A stretch of DNA of 19,662 nucleotides from Deltaproteobacteria bacterium (GTDB lineage: Bacteria; Myxococcota_A; Polyangia; HGW-17; SLPX01). The notes beneath the pieces were generated by a model. It was not told where the DNA came from. It saw only the letters and a list, made by a program, of their open reading frames with translations, and made no database searches. Of this stretch, positions 16,496 to 19,662 are shown one piece after another; the first letter of the stretch is position 1; the number at the start of each line of letters is the position of its first letter. Position numbers and translations under genes: made by a program. The DNA lies in contig JAABSF010000005.1 of assembly GCA_011390535.1 (NCBI GenBank), positions 1 through 19,662 of the forward strand, written 5' to 3'.

Positions 16496-17890
16496 TTGGC
16501 AAGTAACGAAAAACAGGATCAAACTATACGTATTAACCATGCTATTCTTGCTTTTGAAGACCACGGCTTTGAGCGAGTCGGAGGGCTTTTAAACGTTGTG
16601 CGACTTGTGCGCGCACTTGGAAGCTCTGGAGTAGAGGATATTTTTATTTATGGGGGAGATCGTTCCGAAGAGATACAGGATGCGCTGCGCAAAAACGGAT
16701 GTAGTGAAAAGGTCGATGTGAGCGATCTTGTCTATAATGAGTTGACTTTCAATGAAAAAAAAGAAGATGGTGTCTATTATATTGGTATGTTTACCAATGT
16801 TGTGACAGATCCTGTTTTCTTGAAAACTCTTATAGAAAAGTGGAAGAAGGGAGAGATCGCGAGACGTTTTCAGATTAGGGCTGACTCAAGAATAAGATCG
16901 CAGGACCGAGAAACGCAGCAGGGCGGGATGGATCGGCGTTCGAATCCCGAAGGTATTTTTGGGTCAGCCCTAAGAGGTGTTTTGTGGATTGACAAAGTAG
17001 CGGGAGATTCCCCAGAGCAGCTGGAAGAGCTTTCGGTTGGTGATGTTTCGGGGACCTTTGTAGTGCTTGGGCAAGAGAACAGGCTTGCTGCACAAAAGAG
17101 AGGTGAGACTGTTGAGGAAGGAGAGAGTTTGCGTGGCACCTTGGTGAAGGACAAAAAAAGAGCAAAAAAGGAGCTTTTGCAAGCGTGCCGAAAACCCATG
17201 AGTATAGATGGTATGGTTTGTAGACTATTAGGAAGGCCGATTTCTGCAAGAATATCTTGGGTGCTTTTAGAGTTTCCCATAAAACCCAATCATGTCACAG
17301 CTGCTTCTTTGATTTTAGGCTTAGCAGGTGGGCTGGTGGTAGCTGTGGGGGGATATCTCCCTATGGTAATTGGAGCAGGGTTGGTTTTTTTTAGTTGGGT
17401 GCTTGATAACTGTGATGGTGAAATAGCAAGAGTAAAGTACACGGGGAGTAGTTTTGGAGCGTGGTTCGATATCTATGCTGACTTTATCACCAATATTGCG
17501 TTCATAGGAGGTATGGCGTTTGGCTTATATCGTTCGGGAGGGGGAGAGTTGATGCTGGTCTTGGGAGGATATGTAATTTTCGCGCAATCATTCTATAATG
17601 GGGTTGTGTTTCGTTATATCCACAGGCTGGGAGTGCCTGATGAATTTCTTTTTACCTGGTGGTTTGATAGACCTGAAGATGACACTTCTGTGAAAGAGTC
17701 AGCCCTAAGCAAAAGTTTTTCTTACATTAAGTATTTAGGGCGCCGTGATTTTTTCATCTTTGCATATTTTATTGCAGCCCTTTTGAGTATACTGGATTGG
17801 GCTTTGTGGGCCACTGCAGTTGGTTCTACATACAGCTTGGTACTTACTGTGGCGCACTTGTTTGCTACAAAAGGGATGACAAAGAATTAG
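16496..17890 (+). CDS. Two-domain protein, 464 aa, TTG start: a soluble N-terminal domain of ~230 aa of unknown function (possibly a degenerate nucleotidyltransferase-like fold) fused to a C-terminal CDP-alcohol phosphatidyltransferase membrane domain
   Basis: The C-terminal half carries the family motif DNCDGEIARVKYTGSSFGAWFDIYADFITN (D-G-x2-A-R...G...D-x3-D) within TM helices (AASLILGLAGGLVVAVGGYLPMVIGAGLVFF...). The N-terminal half (aa 1-230) has no TM segment and is charged (RINHAILAFEDHGFERVGG...). TTG 16496 follows AAGAGG (16485-16490) with a 5-nt spacer. It is 47 nt downstream of the previous gene on the same strand. Confidence 0.85.
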   Translation: MASNEKQDQTIRINHAILAFEDHGFERVGGLLNVVRLVRALGSSGVEDIFIYGGDRSEEIQDALRKNGCSEKVDVSDLVYNELTFNEKKEDGVYYIGMFTNVVTDPVFLKTLIEKWKKGEIARRFQIRADSRIRSQDRETQQGGMDRRSNPEGIFGSALRGVLWIDKVAGDSPEQLEELSVGDVSGTFVVLGQENRLAAQKRGETVEEGESLRGTLVKDKKRAKKELLQACRKPMSIDGMVCRLLGRPISARISWVLLEFPIKPNHVTAASLILGLAGGLVVAVGGYLPMVIGAGLVFFSWVLDNCDGEIARVKYTGSSFGAWFDIYADFITNIAFIGGMAFGLYRSGGGELMLVLGGYVIFAQSFYNGVVFRYIHRLGVPDEFLFTWWFDRPEDDTSVKESALSKSFSYIKYLGRRDFFIFAYFIAALLSILDWALWATAVGSTYSLVLTVAHLFATKGMTKN

Positions 17891-17931
17891 CTTCCGGGTT
17901 CGAGTGAGGATCCATCCCAAAGGAGATTGGG

Positions 17932-18843
17932 TTGAGTAATAATTTTCGCATTGTACATTTTACCGATATACACCTCTCACAGATTCGAGATGTTAGGTTT
18001 TCCCGGTTGTTTTCAAAGAGGTTTTTGGGGTATCTCAATTTGCGTTTCAAGAGGTTAAAAGAGCATAGTAACAAGGTAGCCATGAACGCTGCAAAAAGTG
18101 CTGCAGCCTTAAACCCCGATCATGTATTAATTACTGGAGACCTCACGAACCTTGCTTTTGACTCGGAGTATAGAGAGGTATTAAGTTGGCTCAATAAACT
18201 TGGGATGTCTTCAGACGCCATCTCCATAACACCTGGAAACCATGACGCATACATAAAAAGCGTGTGGCCTGATGGCCCTTTTAAAAAACACCTTGGGCGG
18301 TTTTGTTCCTCGGATGATGAAAACGCTCAAAGGACGACATCTTTCAACGGGTTTCCTTTTGTGCGTGATCGAGGGGAGATTCGAATTATAGGGTGTTCAA
18401 CTGCTGTGCCGGCACCTCCTTTTATTGCTTGGGGAAGATTGGGGAGTCAGCAGTTGGCGCTGATTCAAAAAGCCGTCATGGAAGGTATTAAAAAGAATAA
18501 ATTTTGTTTGATAGGAATACATCATCCTCCTCAGGGAGGTGTTACACGGTGGGATAATGGGCTCATAGACGCAAAAAATTTGAGAAGAGTTTTAAGAAAG
18601 TTTGATGGGACGGCGTGTATGGTTTTGCACGGGCATATGCACAAAGCTATGAAAGGCAGCATTGAAAGTGAATGTGAGAAAAACATATCTGTTTGGGGAA
18701 CAGGTTCTGCTTCTTTAATAAGCTCAGCGCAGTTTAGGGTTTTGGACTTTGTTGAGGGTAGACTGTCAGGAAATCAATTGTATTGTCTATCTTCTGAGAG
18801 AGATGAATTTATTCCTGTGACTCGGGATCTTTTGGGGGGTTGA
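17932..18843 (+). CDS. Calcineurin-like metallophosphoesterase (MPP superfamily), 303 aa, TTG start
   Basis: It carries the canonical dinuclear metal-site motifs in order: D-x-H (FTDIHLS), GDL (LITGDLTN), GNHD (TPGNHDAY), H (IGIHHPP) and GH-H (VLHGHMHKA). TTG 17932 follows AAAGGAG (17919-17925) with a 6-nt spacer. It is 41 nt after the previous gene on the same strand, so it is the third gene of the operon. Confidence 0.85.
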   Translation: MSNNFRIVHFTDIHLSQIRDVRFSRLFSKRFLGYLNLRFKRLKEHSNKVAMNAAKSAAALNPDHVLITGDLTNLAFDSEYREVLSWLNKLGMSSDAISITPGNHDAYIKSVWPDGPFKKHLGRFCSSDDENAQRTTSFNGFPFVRDRGEIRIIGCSTAVPAPPFIAWGRLGSQQLALIQKAVMEGIKKNKFCLIGIHHPPQGGVTRWDNGLIDAKNLRRVLRKFDGTACMVLHGHMHKAMKGSIESECEKNISVWGTGSASLISSAQFRVLDFVEGRLSGNQLYCLSSERDEFIPVTRDLLGG

Positions 18844-19662
18844 ATTGGATTGACCAATCGTCGCCTTCTTTGCTTTCTGGATTATCAGGTTCTCCGTCCA
18901 GAAGAGGGACCAACGGTTTCATAGAAGGATCAAACATTGTTGCTCCTTCATCTGGACTCTCATCGGCTTCAGAGCTCTCGTCTGGTTCATCGGATGAGTC
19001 ATTGTTTTCTCCCAGAATCGGAATCAGCGGTTTCATAGAAGGATCAAACATGGTGGCCCCTTCATCTTCACCTGGGCTGATATTATCTTCACAGAACCCC
19101 TCAGCATTCTGTGGTTCCTGGATTTCTTCTAGTTCTGAAGCATCTAATTCTTGAACCTCTTCTTCTTGTGGTTCAGAATCGAAGGCTGTTTGGTCAACGT
19201 CTTCTTCTCTCAAGGAGTCCATGGTTCTCGTGGGCTCTTCGTCATCGAATTCATTAGGATTGATATCTACCCAAGAAGAGGAGGCGTCAGAACCTTCTAC
19301 ATACTCATTTTGTGCTTGTTGATATGAATTCGATACAGCTTCTGTCTGATAATCCTCTTGGTGGGAGTTTTTTAGATATCCATCAGGGCCTTCTCTGCGA
19401 TAATCGCTTTGGTCACTATCTTGAGGATGTTGTTCGCGGTAGTCGCTTTGGTCACTATCTTGAGCATCTGGATATTGTTCGCGGTAATCGCTTAGCTCAC
19501 CATCTTGAGCATCTGGATATTGTTCGCGGTAGTCGCTTTGGTCACTATCTTGAGGATGTTGTTCGCGATAGTCGCTTAGCTCACCATCTTGAGCATCTGG
19601 ATATTGTTCGCGGTAATCGCTTAGCTCACCATCTTGAGCATCTGGATATTGTTCGCGGTAGT
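18809..19662 (-). CDS. Highly acidic, low-complexity, tandem-repeat protein, 5'-truncated by the window edge. The frame is open from 19660 down to the stop at 18809; Met at 19222 is only the first in-frame Met inside the window.
   Basis: My minus-strand translation gives ...SDYREQYPDAQDGELSDYREQHPQDSDQSDYREQYPDAQDGELS...DYRREGPDGYLKNSHQEDYQTEAVSNSYQQAQNEYVEGSDASSSWVDINPNEFDDEEPTRTMDSLREEDVDQTAFDSEPQEEEVQELDASELEEIQEPQNAEGFCEDNISPGEDEGATMFDPSMKPLIPILGENNDSSDEPDESSEADESPDEGATMFDPSMKPLVPLLDGEPDNPESKEGDDWSIQFNPPKDPESQE*. There are no stop codons between 19222 and 19660 in this frame. The product is very D/E-rich and contains two copies of EGATMFDPSMKPL[IV]P[IL]L. Confidence 0.6.
   Translation of the reverse strand, partial: YREQYPDAQDGELSDYREQYPDAQDGELSDYREQHPQDSDQSDYREQYPDAQDGELSDYREQYPDAQDSDQSDYREQHPQDSDQSDYRREGPDGYLKNSHQEDYQTEAVSNSYQQAQNEYVEGSDASSSWVDINPNEFDDEEPTRTMDSLREEDVDQTAFDSEPQEEEVQELDASELEEIQEPQNAEGFCEDNISPGEDEGATMFDPSMKPLIPILGENNDSSDEPDESSEADESPDEGATMFDPSMKPLVPLLDGEPDNPESKEGDDWSIQFNPPKDPESQE
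19397..19662. repeat. At least 6 tandem copies of a 39/45-bp unit (GCGGTAGTCGCTTTGGTCACTATCTTGAG[GATGTTGTTC | CATCTGGATATTGTTC]); the array runs off the window end
   Basis: Read directly. Units start at about 19397, 19436, 19481, 19526, 19565 and 19610. The two unit types (39 and 45 bp) alternate and keep the reading frame. They encode 13/15-aa peptide repeats (DYREQHPQDSDQS and DYREQYPDAQDGELS) of the acidic protein. Confidence 0.8.

Noticed and set aside
18840-19154. Plus-strand 104-aa Ser-rich ORF
   Set aside because: It is a shadow ORF antisense to the acidic repeat protein, where D/E codons read as S/L on the other strand. There is no SD, and it overlaps the end of the phosphoesterase gene.
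1-19662. Searched for CRISPR repeats, tRNA/rRNA, transposase/integrase ORFs and IS inverted repeats, and for phage or defence-island signatures
   Set aside because: None of these were seen. I found no regularly spaced direct repeats outside the coding minisatellite, no cloverleaf candidates, and no ORFs with DDE, tyrosine- or serine-recombinase motifs. The window reads as chromosomal envelope and lipid genes rather than a mobile or defence island.

Overview
This 19.7-kb window looks bacterial: GC is in the mid-40s % by eye, Shine-Dalgarno sites are strong, and several genes start with TTG or GTG. One 11.7-kb ORF (3894 aa) fills most of it. It encodes a giant TPR/helical-repeat protein with non-TPR domains at both ends. 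On the left flank, in order: the 3' end of an upstream + strand gene; an N-terminally anchored SPFH/flotillin gene; a 4-TM membrane protein gene convergent to it, with 3' ends overlapping; a tiny peptide gene with a signal peptide, its own sigma70-like promoter and a strong intrinsic terminator; and a GT2 polyprenyl-phosphate-type glycosyltransferase transcribed divergently from the giant gene. On the right flank a GC-rich, roughly 150-nt structured island ends in a hairpin plus U-tract only 10 nt before the SD of a three-gene + strand operon. That operon encodes a PssA-like CDP-alcohol phosphatidyltransferase, a second CDP-alcohol phosphatidyltransferase fused to a ~230-aa soluble N-terminal domain, and a calcineurin-like metallophosphoesterase. 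The window ends with a convergent, 5'-truncated gene for a very acidic, low-complexity protein built from 39/45-bp tandem repeats. I see no rRNA, tRNA, CRISPR array, transposase, integrase or other clear mobile-element signal. The most unusual parts are the giant TPR gene, the leader-like island in front of a membrane-lipid head-group operon, the stand-alone secreted micro-peptide gene and the acidic repeat protein. All functional assignments rest on motif recognition by eye; no searches were run.
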